Part shown: positions 49,201-61,669 of the stretch, one piece after another
Layout of the letters: every line of letters starts with the position of its first letter
Numbering within the stretch: position 1 is the first letter of the stretch
NCBI GenBank assembly: GCA_010015585.1
Contig: ML975152.1
Length of the DNA: 64,000 bases
Direction: 5' to 3' (one strand)
Source: Eremomyces bilateralis CBS 781.70
Taxonomy: Eukaryota
Notes under the pieces: generated by a model
Told to the model about the DNA's origin: nothing
Database searches by the model: none
The model's input: only the letters and a program-made list of their open reading frames with translations
Made by a program: the position numbers and the translations under genes

Positions 49201-52200
49201 CAGCTGCAATGGAGGCAATTGTGACTGAACGCTCAACAACGGGAGCGATGATTTCGGCAACCGCTGATTGAGATGCCGTCTGGAAGATCTGTCGGAGTCG
49301 AGGTTCGCCGACCAGTCGGCTGGACGAAGGTGGGTAGACAAGTTGGGCGCTGAAGTCGGGAATGCTGGCAGTAATGGCTGTCTGAGAGAACCGCTCGTTT
49401 CCACCAACACGGTTCAGTCCAATGAGTGCGAGCCCGTCGTTAGGAAGGTCTGCAGCTTCGGCCATATCCAAGAATGACTCTTGGTCGAGAGGTCGGGTAC
49501 GGATGAACGAACTCGGCTCAATGGCTTTGTGGTCAAGCTCCAATTTTCTGCAGAGAACTTCAATCTCAAACTTCAAGTTAAGTTTGAGCTCTGCAAAGTG
49601 GTATAGTTCCACCAAGACGCGAACGACTTCCATGAGCCATGGGTTAGGCGGTCTGAAAACTGTGGAGGCTGCCGCTTGCACAAGAACCGCGCAAGTGAAG
49701 GGGATGACGATGACAAGGCGTTGGGTATCGTATGCTTCGCTGAGGAGATCCTTGAACGAGATGTTCTTGAACTTTATGGGCTTGTCGCGAGCAATGGTGA
49801 GGAGGCCCAGCCATGAAGCAATGTTCTTCAGGTGAACCTTTTCCGTTTGATCCCTTAAGGTCGTCTCCGAATTCAGTAAACGGAAGCAGGTGACGTACGT
49901 CTCCCTCAAGACTTCCGCCCACAGAGTCTTGTCACTCAGATGTTTGAGCACCTCGAGGTAAAGTCGATGGAAGTTGGGCTGTAGCTTGGCTCGTTCCGCA
50001 ACGACATAAGAGGCAAACCACTGCACATGTGTCTCCTTGAGAACGGTGAGGTCGGAGATTTTCTCGCCCAGGTTGCTCTCCGTGACGTTGTTTAGGAAGA
50101 AGAGCACCTTCTCTTGCGTGTCATCATCTGGCTCCTCGAAGTCAGATCTCGTCGGAGCATCCACTTGGAGGGATGAAAACTCGGGGAGAGCGGGTTGGGG
50201 ATATTTATCTGTGTCACCGTTCGTGAGGGTGACGCCGTTCGGTTCTCCGTTCACATCTGTTCCTCGGGTTTCGCCGACGACCTGTTGGGAAACAGTCCAG
50301 ACCTCAGTACCTTGCAGATCAGGAACGCGCAAGAGGCGTTCACAGAAGGAAGGCCATTCCTGAAGGCGCTTGGTGAATTGAATCATGGATTGCAGTCCAA
50401 ACTTGAACATGGGGTCCTGCCGGGTGAAGTCCCGCACTGATTCATATACCATCGAGAGTGCGGTCTGAAGGGCAATGTGACCAAGAAGCTTGAAGTTGAT
50501 GATACTCCCAAAGAGAACGGCAGTAGTAGCAAGCGCTTCCATGGGGTACTGACCGAAGCAGTTGTACTCATCCAGCAATCCGTGAATCATGCATGCGAAG
50601 AGATCTTGATCGGCGGGCTCGGAGGAGCTCTTGTATCGCTGAAGGGCTTCGATGATGTCGCGAACATCGCTCTCTCCGCTATACATGTTCTTGAAGTGCT
50701 CTTGCATTTTCGCATCCGTCTCAGGCCCAATGGCATTGCCGTTCTTCCCGTTTTCATCTAGGGCGTCGTCGTGTCCTTCACCATAGTTGACAAGTCGAGG
50801 ATATGCCGATATGCAGACACGTTCTAGGGGCGCCATGTCATCCTCTTCAACGTAGCGTTCCAGAAACTTGATCATTTCGTAAACTGTCTTGACGGACATC
50901 TCGATGGCGAATTGCAGTTTCTCACGGTGGGCTTCGATGAAGGCATTCGCTTTGGCAAGCGTGAACTGATACAACGCTTTCGGGAAGTTCTCCGGACTCT
51001 GCTTTGCCATGCGGTCAAGCCAAGCCTTGAGGTCGAGAGCTCCTCGCGCATGTGCATAAACGACGATATCTGCACCGAGCTCGTTCTGCATGCTGGTGAG
51101 AGGCTCCAGCCAACCCTGTTCCTGTGCTTGGTCGAAAAACAGGCTCACATAGGCTGCGTTTTGGGCATAAAGATCGATCAGGCGTTCCACAATCCAGGAG
51201 GAATCGTTGTTCCATAGCCCATTCAGGACAAAACCGTAGTTCGGTAGCTGCCTTCGCAAAAACGGCCAAAACAGTTGACGAATGGCCTGGTCTTGCAATA
51301 ATGTCCAGGGCTTCGGAACCTTTGATGCAGCGACAAGAAAAAGATCGGTGTTGGGGTTGATGATGGTTTCGGGGATTCGGAGGTCTTGTGCATGGTTGTA
51401 GGTTTCTTGCGAACGGAAAATCATGTTGAACAAGGCCGCTGTAGCGTCGAGTGAAACAAGCGGGTGCTTGACGGCTTTCTCGGCATATGCTTTCACTTCA
51501 TCAGAGCAATCTTTGAATTGATCCGATGAGTACGCTGCTCGGAGCCTTGGGATTCGAGATGCATCCACCTCTTCTGGGGTGCAGGATAGGAAGGCGACCA
51601 CAAAGGATAGCTGAGTGTCGATGTGGTTCCATGTGCCACCCCATAGCTGCTGGATATCGAAGGTTTCGGTTTTTTCGGCAACAGGAAGAAGTGAATCGTA
51701 GAGTGTAAGAAACTGTTGCTTCGTGACACTCAAGCCGTTGCGATCAAGTGAAGAAACCACTTCTTTCCAATCGACAGGTGTTCCGGCACGGCTGTCATGG
51801 ATCGCCATAATGAGGTGAGGGGCTTTGTATTGAGCGGATTGGAATGTCGTGATGAGGAAGATTAGCGACTTCGCGATCTGACCGGCGCTCAAGCTTTGTA
51901 CGTCGATCTTCGAGACCATCTCTTTGGCTGCCTCCAGTGAAGCTGTGCCACTTGGTCCCGCATCGAGGAGCGCTCGGACAAGAACATCGCTCTCCTGCAC
52001 GAGGTCCATGGCGATTAATGCCGATCGCACCGCTGGCGAAGGAGATCGTTTTAAGGCGTCGTATCGAGATGTAAGGGCAAAATGGAGGTGAGCCTTGTTC
52101 TCGTCGTTCCAATTCCGAGGTGGATCGCGTCCAATCCGTTCGAGCAACGAACCGAGATACTCAGGTGAGACGTCGTCCTCTTCACGATTGGGAGTGGAGA

Positions 52201-53440
52201 GGGCAGCAAAGAAGGTTTTGAGAGAGTTGGAGAGTATTGCATCCGCTAGACAGTGTTAGTGATAATTCAGGAAATGATAAGAACATGTGACTTAGGTCCA
52301 TTAGAGTGAAATCGTGGATCAATGAGTGATTTGAGGGTGAAAGTGAATAACGCGTCTAGGAATATTTACCTTTGGTCTTCAGATCGCCTTTTGCAACGCG
52401 CTTGAAGGATGAAGCAAGTGCAATCTTTGCAAAAATATCTAACTTGAAGTGATCGATAAAGGTCGATAAATCAAAATCGCGGGAGAATTCGCCCTCCGGT
52501 GCGCTGATGGATTCCGCGATCTTATCAGCTTGCTGAATATCCGTGCGAACCTTCTGAAGCTCTCCCACTAGGATTCCGTAACTTCCGTGAGTGTCAACTC
52601 GACCTGAGCTTGGAAATACTTGAGCGGCATTTTGTTGTAGAAGTCGGCGGAAGTATTTGGAGAAAACATCCATGCCGTGCGCATCGATTAACTGAAATTT
52701 CAAGGTACGTGTCAGCGCAAACTCGGCAACACACATTTGACACGGGACAGGGAGAGGTGAATGCTCTACGATCCTCAAGGCATCCACCGCATCCCCTATG
52801 CTTCAATTCACTAGGTCTTAGAACTCACCTTGCGCAATTGCTCCGCCTGCTGATCGAACCTTGGCTTGTCCCTATCGTCCTTGAGTCCACTCAATAACAG
52901 GAATACCTGCGCAATCACGATCTTCGCCAACGCTTGGTTGGTTGCAGGAATCGAATTTGGATTGGCCGAGCCGATAGGGGAACCAATGCCGCTGGAAAGC
53001 GAGAGAGAGGGTGAGGCTCGAGCCAGTTTGGCGGTTCCTCCTCCCCCGCCGCTGCTGGCCGCCGCAGCTCCTTGAGATGGGGCAGACAAACCCGCGGCGG
53101 AGGAAGTGGATGATGGATTATTCGAGGAAGCTATGGCTCTCGATCGGGCGCCGGCGAGCAGCTGGCTTGAAGCAGACTGCTGCGTGGCTGGGAAAGGCGA
53201 AGGGTTGGACGAGACGGACGAAGCGCGACTCGGAGCGCGATGTGTCGGAGGCTGCGAAAGGGGATGGGAGGAAGATGGAGCAGGGGATTTGGAATTTTGC
53301 AACGAAGCAGAAGATGACGCGCTTGCTCGTGAGGTGGATTGACTGGTGGACGAGTTGAAAGCGGTGGATATCGGGGTGAGGACCTGCCGGGCACTATGTT
53401 GCTGCTTCGCTGGCTGTCCCCACGGAGATTCCTGGGTCAT
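46261..53440 (-). CDS. NOT1: CCR4-NOT scaffold subunit Not1, 3 introns
   Basis: LFACMIHGLLDEY; KVLFFLNN; IIAPVVERSVTIA; LVLHHDFPEFLAENH; NQLRYPNSHTHWF; RPHPWGL; last exon IEQLFGTLFRHIESPRTV*. Confidence 0.95.
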
Positions 53441-53817
53441 CTAGACAGCTATTCCATGCCCTGAAGCATCACGGTTCGGAGGGAGAATAGGTTGATGGAA
53501 GGAATAGGCGCGGGAGGGGGTAAGAAGACGGGTTGAGATACGGAGGAGTAAAGGGAACTTGGGAAGCAAGTCGTTCAGTTTGGAGTTTGAATCCAGCACG
53601 AGTCGCCGCGCACTGACCCCATGGATTCAGGCAGCACGGCAGTAAGGCGTCGAAAATGCTATGACCACACATACCAGACTGGACCAGAGGGGCATTTGAT
53701 GCATGGATGTGCATTTAGTACCGGTATAAATATAAGGCAGTCAGGCATTAACGATAGACGTACAAGGCAATAAGGCAATAAGGCAAATATATAAAATCTC
53801 AAATAGGCTTGGCATTG

Positions 53818-53831
53818 CACGTGATCACGTG
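53818..53831. promoter_or_regulatory. Palindromic double E-box CACGTGATCACGTG (bHLH site) in the NOT1/Cdc15 divergent promoter
   Basis: Perfect 14-bp palindrome containing two CACGTG. Confidence 0.5.
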
Positions 53832-54132
53832 GAAGGCTTGGGCTAGTTCGAGTGGTTGATATACGGCCAAATCGCTATGGCAACGAATTGTAAACACCCT
53901 TCCCCGACATTGCGACACTCGACACTCTCCACACCGTGCCTTTCATTATGACCCCAAACCCTGGCTTGCACTATCGTACAAACTGTTGAAGCAATTATCC
54001 AACCATCATCTCGTTGTACTTGGTACCTTTTTTCTATATCTTATTGACGACCGTACCTACGTCGTTGGTCGAATCAACAGATACCAACAAATCCGCAACA
54101 CATACTCTACCTAAGAGCAAACATCTCCCGAA

Positions 54133-56980
54133 ATGCCTGGGGTAGCCACCTCAGAGCCACCTTCCGTTTCGCTCTCCTGTATGCTTCTCCTCAATGGTCT
54201 CAAAAGCGATAGCAGCTTCTAACACGCCAACTAGTCGCGAACAACTTCTGGGGCAAAGATGACGCCGGCGTCGTTCCCCTCCTCGGCCGCATGCAAAATG
54301 CGAAGACTACCATGGACGAGCTGAAATCCTTCTACAGCGCCCGCGCCGCGCTCGAAGAAGAATATGCGCGGAAACTTCTGAGCTTGGCCCGGAAGCCGCT
54401 GGGGTCTATGGAAGAAGGAACCCTGCGCATGTCTCTCGACATCGTGCGCGGGGAGATCGAGGCGACAGGAAAAGCGCATCACAACATCGCCAGCAAGATG
54501 AAGACGGAGCTCGATGAACCGCTCGCGGCGTTTGGAGGCGCGGTGAAGGAGAGGCGGAAGATTGTGCAGGGAGCCATCGAGAAGTTGCTGAAGGTCAAGG
54601 TCCAGCAGACAATAGCCGTCAACAAGTCCAGGGACCGGTATGAACAGGAGAGCTTGAAGATCAAAGGGTATTTGGCCCAAGGACACATGGTGATGGGGCA
54701 AGAAGAGCGCAAGAACAAGGCGAAACTCGAGAAGACTCAAATTCAACTGTCGACGACAAGCAACGAGTACGAAGCCTCAGTCAATATTCTCGAAGAAACA
54801 ACCGGACGATGGAACCGAGATTGGAAGGCAGCATGTGACAAATTCCAAGACCTAGAGGAAGAGAGACTGGACTTCCTGAAGAGCAGTCTGTGGACCTTCG
54901 CCAACATTGCTTCCACAGTCTGTGTCAGCGATGATGCGTCGTGTGAGAAGATCCGGCTTTCCCTTGAAGATTGCGAGGTCGAAAAGGACATCGCTTCGTT
55001 CATTAAGGAATCCGGAACGGGCCAGGAGATCCCTGATCCGCCTAAGTTCATCGACTTTTGCCGCGGGGACGTCGACGATGCCTCCGAGCTAGCGGAAGAA
55101 GATGAATACTCGGTGGCTAACTTTCAGCGGACGATCAATCCCGCTTTCCGAAGCTCTTCGCCGCAGCCTTCGGTATTGGAGTCTCACCATGACCCTAATT
55201 CTTCTCTCGCTCGATATTTTGGTCACGACTCCGCTCAGGCGCGAGATCCAACTCCTGAGCGAACTCAACCACAGATGCCTCAATCGGCAATGAGAGTCAA
55301 TAGCCGTGGCCAAGCCATTGACGTCAACCAATTTGGCGATATCCCCAAGATTCCACACAATGAGTATCCGCCAGACGGGATGACACAGTTCTGTCGATCC
55401 GGTCCTACAGGATCTGATCTCAGCAGCGCGCGTCCCTCTTCACGAGACTCTCATAGCGACTATAGCAACCCAACCTCATTCTCGAGCTTCGAACCCTCCA
55501 GCGGAGCACAGTCCCCCGTGAAGCAGCTCAATCAGCTCAATCAGGCCCCGCCAAGCCAGTCGCAAGCGGTACAGAAGAAGAAGTCCGGTTTCTTCCATTC
55601 CGACAAGCCGAGCTTCTTCAACTCGCCATTTGGCCGGCGCAACAAGGAGAACCAGAAGCAGGAAACCCCACGACAACCTGTAACGCGTAGCACATGGGCG
55701 CCCAGTTCTCGGACTGGGCGGACGCCGACCCCAGAGCCGATCACTCCGAATACGCAAAAAACTCAGATGGCCATCGGCTCGAACATCTTCGATGTCGACG
55801 CCTCCCGATCTTCCCGTGGTGCTATCGCGACCAAATCTCCCCAAGAAGACCTCGACCCCATTGCCGCCGCCCTCGCCGAGCTCAAGAGCGTCGCAGGCAG
55901 CAAGCAAGCATCCGACCGCGTCTCCGTAGATCGATATGCTGGCCTACAGACTCCCGCGCCTCCCGGAGCCTCCGGCATGACGCCAACGCCGCGGGCGAAT
56001 AAGAGCGACGCGCATGCAGCCGCGCGGGGGACACCGCCCCCCAGCTACGATCCGGGCAGCCGCCTCGGCGCGCCGCAGCCGGCGTTCACGAAACGCCAGA
56101 TGATCGGCACGACGCAGAAGTTCGTGGAGCAGAAGGGCGCCATGTTCAACAGCGCACCGAACAGCGCCGCGCGGCCGGGGTCGCGGGGTGCGGATATCCC
56201 ACGCGCTACGAGCCCCGCTCCAATGCGCGCAACGAGCCCGCGCCCACGGTATCGGAATAGCCGGTATGGGTCTCCGCAGAACCAGAGCTTGAGCAATAGT
56301 GTTGGATCGAACCAGGGAGGGCCGCCGCGCAGGAGCACGAGTCCGAATCCATATGCGATGCCGCCTGGCGGCCAAAGTCAGCGGCCAAGGGCGCAGAGCT
56401 CGTCGCCGGTCAAGCCGAGAGAGGGGTACAATAGCTGGGGAAGCCAAGGGCGGTACAGTGGTGCTCAGCCTGGACCGGAACACAGATCTGCGAGTCCAAA
56501 TCCGTACGCACAACGTGGTCAAGGTGGGTATGGTGGAAGCCCGGGGAGTCGAGGCGGCGATGGGATGGAGATGACGTTATCACACGGTGATACTCCAGCA
56601 TATGGACGAGGAGGGATGGGTGGTCGACCGACCAGTTATTATGGCGGGCCGTCCACTGCACCACCAACTCAGGCGGTCGGCAGGGTGAGGAGTAAGAGTA
56701 TGGCAGAGAAGAGGGATTACACGAGGGAAGGCAGGGCGATTCTTCATTATGGTGAGTGATTCCATCCTTTCAAAGGTCGATCCGGTCAATCATGGCTAAC
56801 TCCCTTGCAGCGCGAGCCATGTACATGTATCAGGCCGCCATTCCTGAGGAGTTGTCGTTTGCTAAAGGCGACGTCTTGGCCGTCCTCCGACTTCAGGATG
56901 ACGGCTGGTGGGAGGCAGAGGTTATGGGAAAGAATGGTCGACCTGGCTTGGTACCCAGTAATTACTTGCAAAACTGTTAG
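54133..56980 (+). CDS. F-BAR/SH3 cytokinesis protein (Cdc15/Imp2/Hof1 family), 2 introns
   Basis: FANNFWGKDDAGV; RAALEEEYARKL; FQDLEEERLDFLK; NIASTVCVSDD; C-terminal SH3 ARAMYMYQAAIPEELSF...DGWWEAE...GLVPSNYL. Confidence 0.92.
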
Positions 56981-57660
56981 TTATGGTCAGTTTGAACGGT
57001 AGCGGGTGTGGTTTTTGTCGCTTGAGGCTGGTTGGATGCTCTGGGTAACGTCTGATGGCCGTCGTATTTCGATGAACTAAGGGGGATCTGGTCCTGAAGG
57101 CTACTTTCGTAAATTTTCGCGTCTCTCGATCTGTATATACTCAGCAGTGGGCTTGCGGCGTTGGGTCGTTTTTCGATAGTTTATTCCATTGAATTTGAGG
57201 CTTTCATACCATTATGGCAGACAGCAGTTGACCTGGGGTTACATAATACCTCGCCCTCGGATGAAACGTCATAACATTCCTGCATTACCAAACTATTGAG
57301 TGAAGTTTAACGTCACTTCACAAGCATCGGCCTGGTTTTTAGTGGTTGAGACCTTGTATTCCCCCATGGAGGCGTAATATCTCGCATCTGCGATGTAACA
57401 GATCCCCCTCATTCTTTGCTGCTTTCCTCGGTTTGAGGAAGTCAGGATCTCCACAGTCCCAACGTATGGTATATACAGAAAAACATAAAGATGGGCGTGT
57501 TTTTGTAGTTTTCACGCTCATCAGGAACAAGATCAATCAAGCCTCCCAATTCTTGATCAAACAGAGCTCTTCCGCTGTATCCCTCTATCCAGATCACCTA
57601 ATCGCGGTCTTCGCCCACTGTGTACTTGATTGCATCAGTTACACGAATAACGTGTAAATC

Positions 57661-58364
57661 ATGTCGCCAACTTACCATGAAGTGATCGACTACGAAAAAG
57701 CGTATGGCCACGGAGTGGTGTATTTCTGGAGGGAGTATGGGGAAGTCGCCGATTACCTGTCCCAATGGTATCCTGCGATATGGGAACATGAAGGCATCGT
57801 CTATAAATCGGCGGAAATGTGGATGATGATTCAGAAGGCGAAGTTATTCGAAGATGAGGTACGTGTGTTGTTCCGGTGGTCTTGTGCTACCCGCACCTTA
57901 TTGGTCTCCTTTGCTGATACATTCGCTGATGTATATTTCAGGATATCGTCCTTAAAATGAAGGCTACGTCGAATCCCGGCGAACACAAAAGACTTGGTCG
58001 TAAAGTTAAAGAATACGATGGGAAGAAATGGAACGAGCGTAGGGCTATTAGCTTCACTCGGGGTCAATCCAGAGGCTGACTCACTCTCCCAGATAAGCAG
58101 GGCATCGTCGAGGAAGGGAATATGCACAAGTTTCTGCGGAGCAAGGAAGCGCCTGAGTTGAGTAGGAAACTTCTTGAGACGGGAGATAAGCTCTTGGTGG
58201 AGGCTTCTCCGTTCGACCGAATCTGGGGCATTGGGTTCGATGCGGCGCAGGCGGATAATAATTGGTCGGAGTGGGGTGAGAATCTACTTGGAAAGGCCTT
58301 GATGCGAGTAAGAGCGCGGATAAGGCAGATGGAAGCTGAGCAGTCAGTGGAAGCGAATGCTTAA
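57661..58364 (+). CDS. NADAR (YbiA/DUF1768) family N-glycosidase, 2 introns
   Basis: YLSQWYP; SAEMWMMIQKAKLFED; KRLGRKV; LVEASPFDRIWGIG; GENLLGKALMRVR. Confidence 0.88.
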
Positions 58365-58570
58365 CGGATTCACTGTCCTCGTTCAAGACGGATTCATGAT
58401 AAAGCCGAGCTAGGACGCGAATATAGGTAGAATTGATCATCCGAACCCTTCTCGAAAGTTGCTCACACAAAAGGTATATCCTAATCTAAAATACAACAGG
58501 CTGGAATGCAAGTCGTGAGTGTTCATAATCGCCCAAAACGAAGAAAGCTTCCCAATGCAGCCATAGCCCA

Positions 58571-60464
58571 TCACTCGATGGTGACACGGACTCCCTTGCT
58601 GTCTGGATGCGCCATCGGTACGAACAAGTCATGGTGATACTTGACATCATCAACAGTAGTTTCGAAAATTTCAAGGTGTGGGAGGACGCGCAGAACCAAT
58701 GCGGTGAGTCCGAGATACAGCTCGCAATACGCCAAACTATGCGATAACCGTTAGTCGAAGTACGACACTATGGTTTCCAAGCTAAAGGCTTATGTTACGA
58801 ATGGAATGGAACCGAGACTTGACCCCAAAGTGGGAAGGAAATTAACGAATGGACAATACGTACTTCATGCCCAGACACTGCCGACTTCCTTTGCCGAAAC
58901 TCATCATATACGGTTCCAGATCTTTCCGTCTTTCTCCCTCCTCATTCAACCACCTCTCAGGCCTGAATTCTCCTGCATCCGGGAAGATTTCTTCATTTGC
59001 ATGGATGTTGTAGCTAGACATGCTTACGAACTGGTTCTTTGGGATCACATACTCTACTTGGACAGGCTCGGAGTCGACGCCGGATTTCGTAGGTAGAGGC
59101 GTATATGTTCCTCTGTAGATAAGCTCCTCGTCCGGAGCTGCACGAGCGAGGCGAGTGCTAACACCGTATGACAGTCGAATTGCTTCCAGGATTGTGGCGG
59201 CCAGATATGGGAGCTGTTCGAGGGCGGACCAGGATGGAAGCTGTCTCGGATCCTTGACTACCGTTTTCAATTCCTTCGTCACCCGCTCGTATATCTCGGG
59301 CTGCGTCTTCAAGTAGAATGTCAGGAGAGAAAGAGTCCAAGCCGTGGTTTCGGTTCCAGCGCCCATCAGACTCGCAGCCTCGGACCCAACCCTTTCCGCG
59401 CTCTTTTCCTCTGCGGGAAGGTCGCTGTTCCACACTTCTGCGAAGATGGTAGATCGCTCGCCCATCATTTTCTCATACGTGCCATTCTCATATGCCTCTC
59501 TCATATTGGCGGCATGTTTTCCAAGGCCCTAGGTCAGATGTTAGGCGGCCATACACGGAGGAGTAGGATTGGATTTTACTATAAACATGGTGTCGATGTA
59601 AAGGGCGAGCTCCTTGGAAAGCATCCTCATTAGAGGTCTGATATACAACTGTTAACTGTTTGTTGTTTGCATGCTTCAAGGATGGCAAGACTTACATAGG
59701 GAGCATGTTCATAGCCTTCACTAAAAGCGGCAGCTGCTTTCCGATGTGATGATTTGCGAGACCTGCATATATGGGCTCCCTCAGATTTGGCTCGAAATCC
59801 TCTTGATCCATGAATCCGCTCTTTTTGCCAAAGCAGTATGTGAAGATAACCTCAGTCGTATAACAGCTATATGCCATCGTGATATCGAATGGCTTACCGG
59901 ATCCGGTCTTGGCTAAGATCTTGTCGGACAACCGTTGGGCAAGGTCATGGATCATCGGTTCCAGTTTAGAGATGCTGCCCTTCGAGAAGAATTTATTCAT
60001 GACACCTCTTCGGAGTCGGTGTATGTTATGGGTTCTAGATCCGAAACCGGTCTTGAGAGCCTTGGGTCCAAAGGTATCTAGGAAATATTGAGACTTATCC
60101 CGACGTCGTGAACCGACCGGGTAGACCTCATCGATGAACTTAGGGTCGTTGCAATGGAGCTCGTTCGGATTAATACGCATGATGGGGCCTAGAGGAACAT
60201 CAGAGACCTCGATTCGGACAGTTTTGCTGCAGGTGGATGCGTACCATATCTCTTGTGTAATTCAACAAGCTTTTCGTTATAGCTCCCGCCCCTGACGACA
60301 TCATAATAGCCCTCGTAGGCAAATGTCATCGCCGCCAGCTTCGGGCCGGGGAATTTGGCCAAAGGATGGAAAGTAGTGCGATAAACCACAAGCACAATCC
60401 ATCCTGCGATATAGAGGCCGACGAGAGCCACGGCCGTCTGCCACGAAAGGAAGAAGGCTGCCAT
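58571..60464 (-). CDS. Cytochrome P450 (trichodiene-oxygenase-like group), 4 introns
   Basis: HPLAKFPGPKLAA; RINPNELH; GAGTETT; EAIR; FRPERW; FGKGSRQCLG; last exon LAYCELYL...GVRVTIE* ends at 58571. Confidence 0.9.
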
Positions 60465-61669
60465 CTTTTCCTTTTTAGGAGCTTGAAGTCAAGCAGTAAG
60501 TCAAGCGGTGGATTTGTGAAGTCGCAAAAAAGGGCCCTCTGGTGCGGACATGCAGAGGCCTAAAGTTCTCACGTCACTGCATGTTTCCAGTCGATTGCGT
60601 TTCCAGTCACCCTCGAGTCTCGACCTTTCTGACCTTCATGCAAGTGTAGGCGAGAGACCAAACGGCGAGTTTCCACTGGCTATCTTTACTCCTGTCTATC
60701 AGAGCCAACTGCCGACCGGCAGGGAATAGAGGCGAAGGGCCATCAGTCAGAATCCCAATGGACCCCCCTCCTAGGATTAGGGAAGTCCTTAGTGCGCATA
60801 CCGAGGACGGTTGAGTTGATGACCCAGCCAAATGGCGACCTGGGGGTGGGGCAGATCGGTAAAACGCAGGCGACATTATTATTAAATTAGTATCGGACAG
60901 TTCGGACTGCAGGCTGTAGTCGGCCGGCACCAGTGCACGACTCACGAGGGACTCTCCACTCCAGTGGTCTAGTCTCATGGCCTCATATGGGCAAATCAAT
61001 GTCGCTCGCTTGCCCATCAGCTCTGCACTAAGCACGTTAGCATCTTTCGTATGGAATAACGGAATGATGATTGGCTCCTTGTCGGAGAAAACCTGTTCCA
61101 TGCTCAATGCTGTGTTCGATCATGATTCCATGATTCATATATCGGCTCGGTGAAACCGGATATTCCGCTTCCTGACTCTCTCAGGCTAGGGATTCGCGGA
61201 GATAGCATGGCAGTGGACCCCCCACGCTTCACTACATAGTATTCTCCTTCCTAGGGCTCTAGGGTAACTGCGGACCGGTCCCGGGCCTAGCCGTTTGGGG
61301 CCGTGTCTCCGGGTCGCTCATGATTTCATGAACGAAGGATTTCAATATCAAGCTTTCCATTAGCGACTTCCCCGGCTCCAAGTCCAAGCTCGTTCCTTGT
61401 ACTCAACGGCGGTGGCAGAACCACCACAAAAGGATATACATCGACGCTCGACGCCTCTTCAGCAGAGAAAACACGGTGTCAAGCACCTTGGGTACAATCA
61501 AGACAAGCACCATAATACTATAATATTCTCAATATTTGGATTTTCTCCTAGTATGGAGATTAACGGTGATAGCAGTATGTCTGTCAGCAAGTGAACTTTG
61601 AAGCTGCGGAGTAATGACTCGTGTAGTTGTGCGTGGTGGGAATGGAATATTTAGAATTTTGGTCAAGTA

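Noticed and set aside
35166..52112. Many 60-270 aa antisense or alternate-frame ORFs over SLH1, NOT1 and other genes
   Set aside because: These are shadow ORFs expected from GC-rich codon usage; they have no recognisable motifs.
35154..53440. SLH1 and NOT1 close together as an mRNA quality-control cluster
   Set aside because: Unrelated genes lie between them, and chance proximity is sufficient without synteny data.
9315..60464. Two P450 genes as a possible secondary-metabolite cluster
   Set aside because: They are about 48 kb apart, separated by housekeeping genes, with no PKS, NRPS or terpene synthase in the window.
60607..61107. 166-aa ORF upstream of the second P450
   Set aside because: Non-ATG start, no recognisable domain, and it lies in the presumed promoter region.
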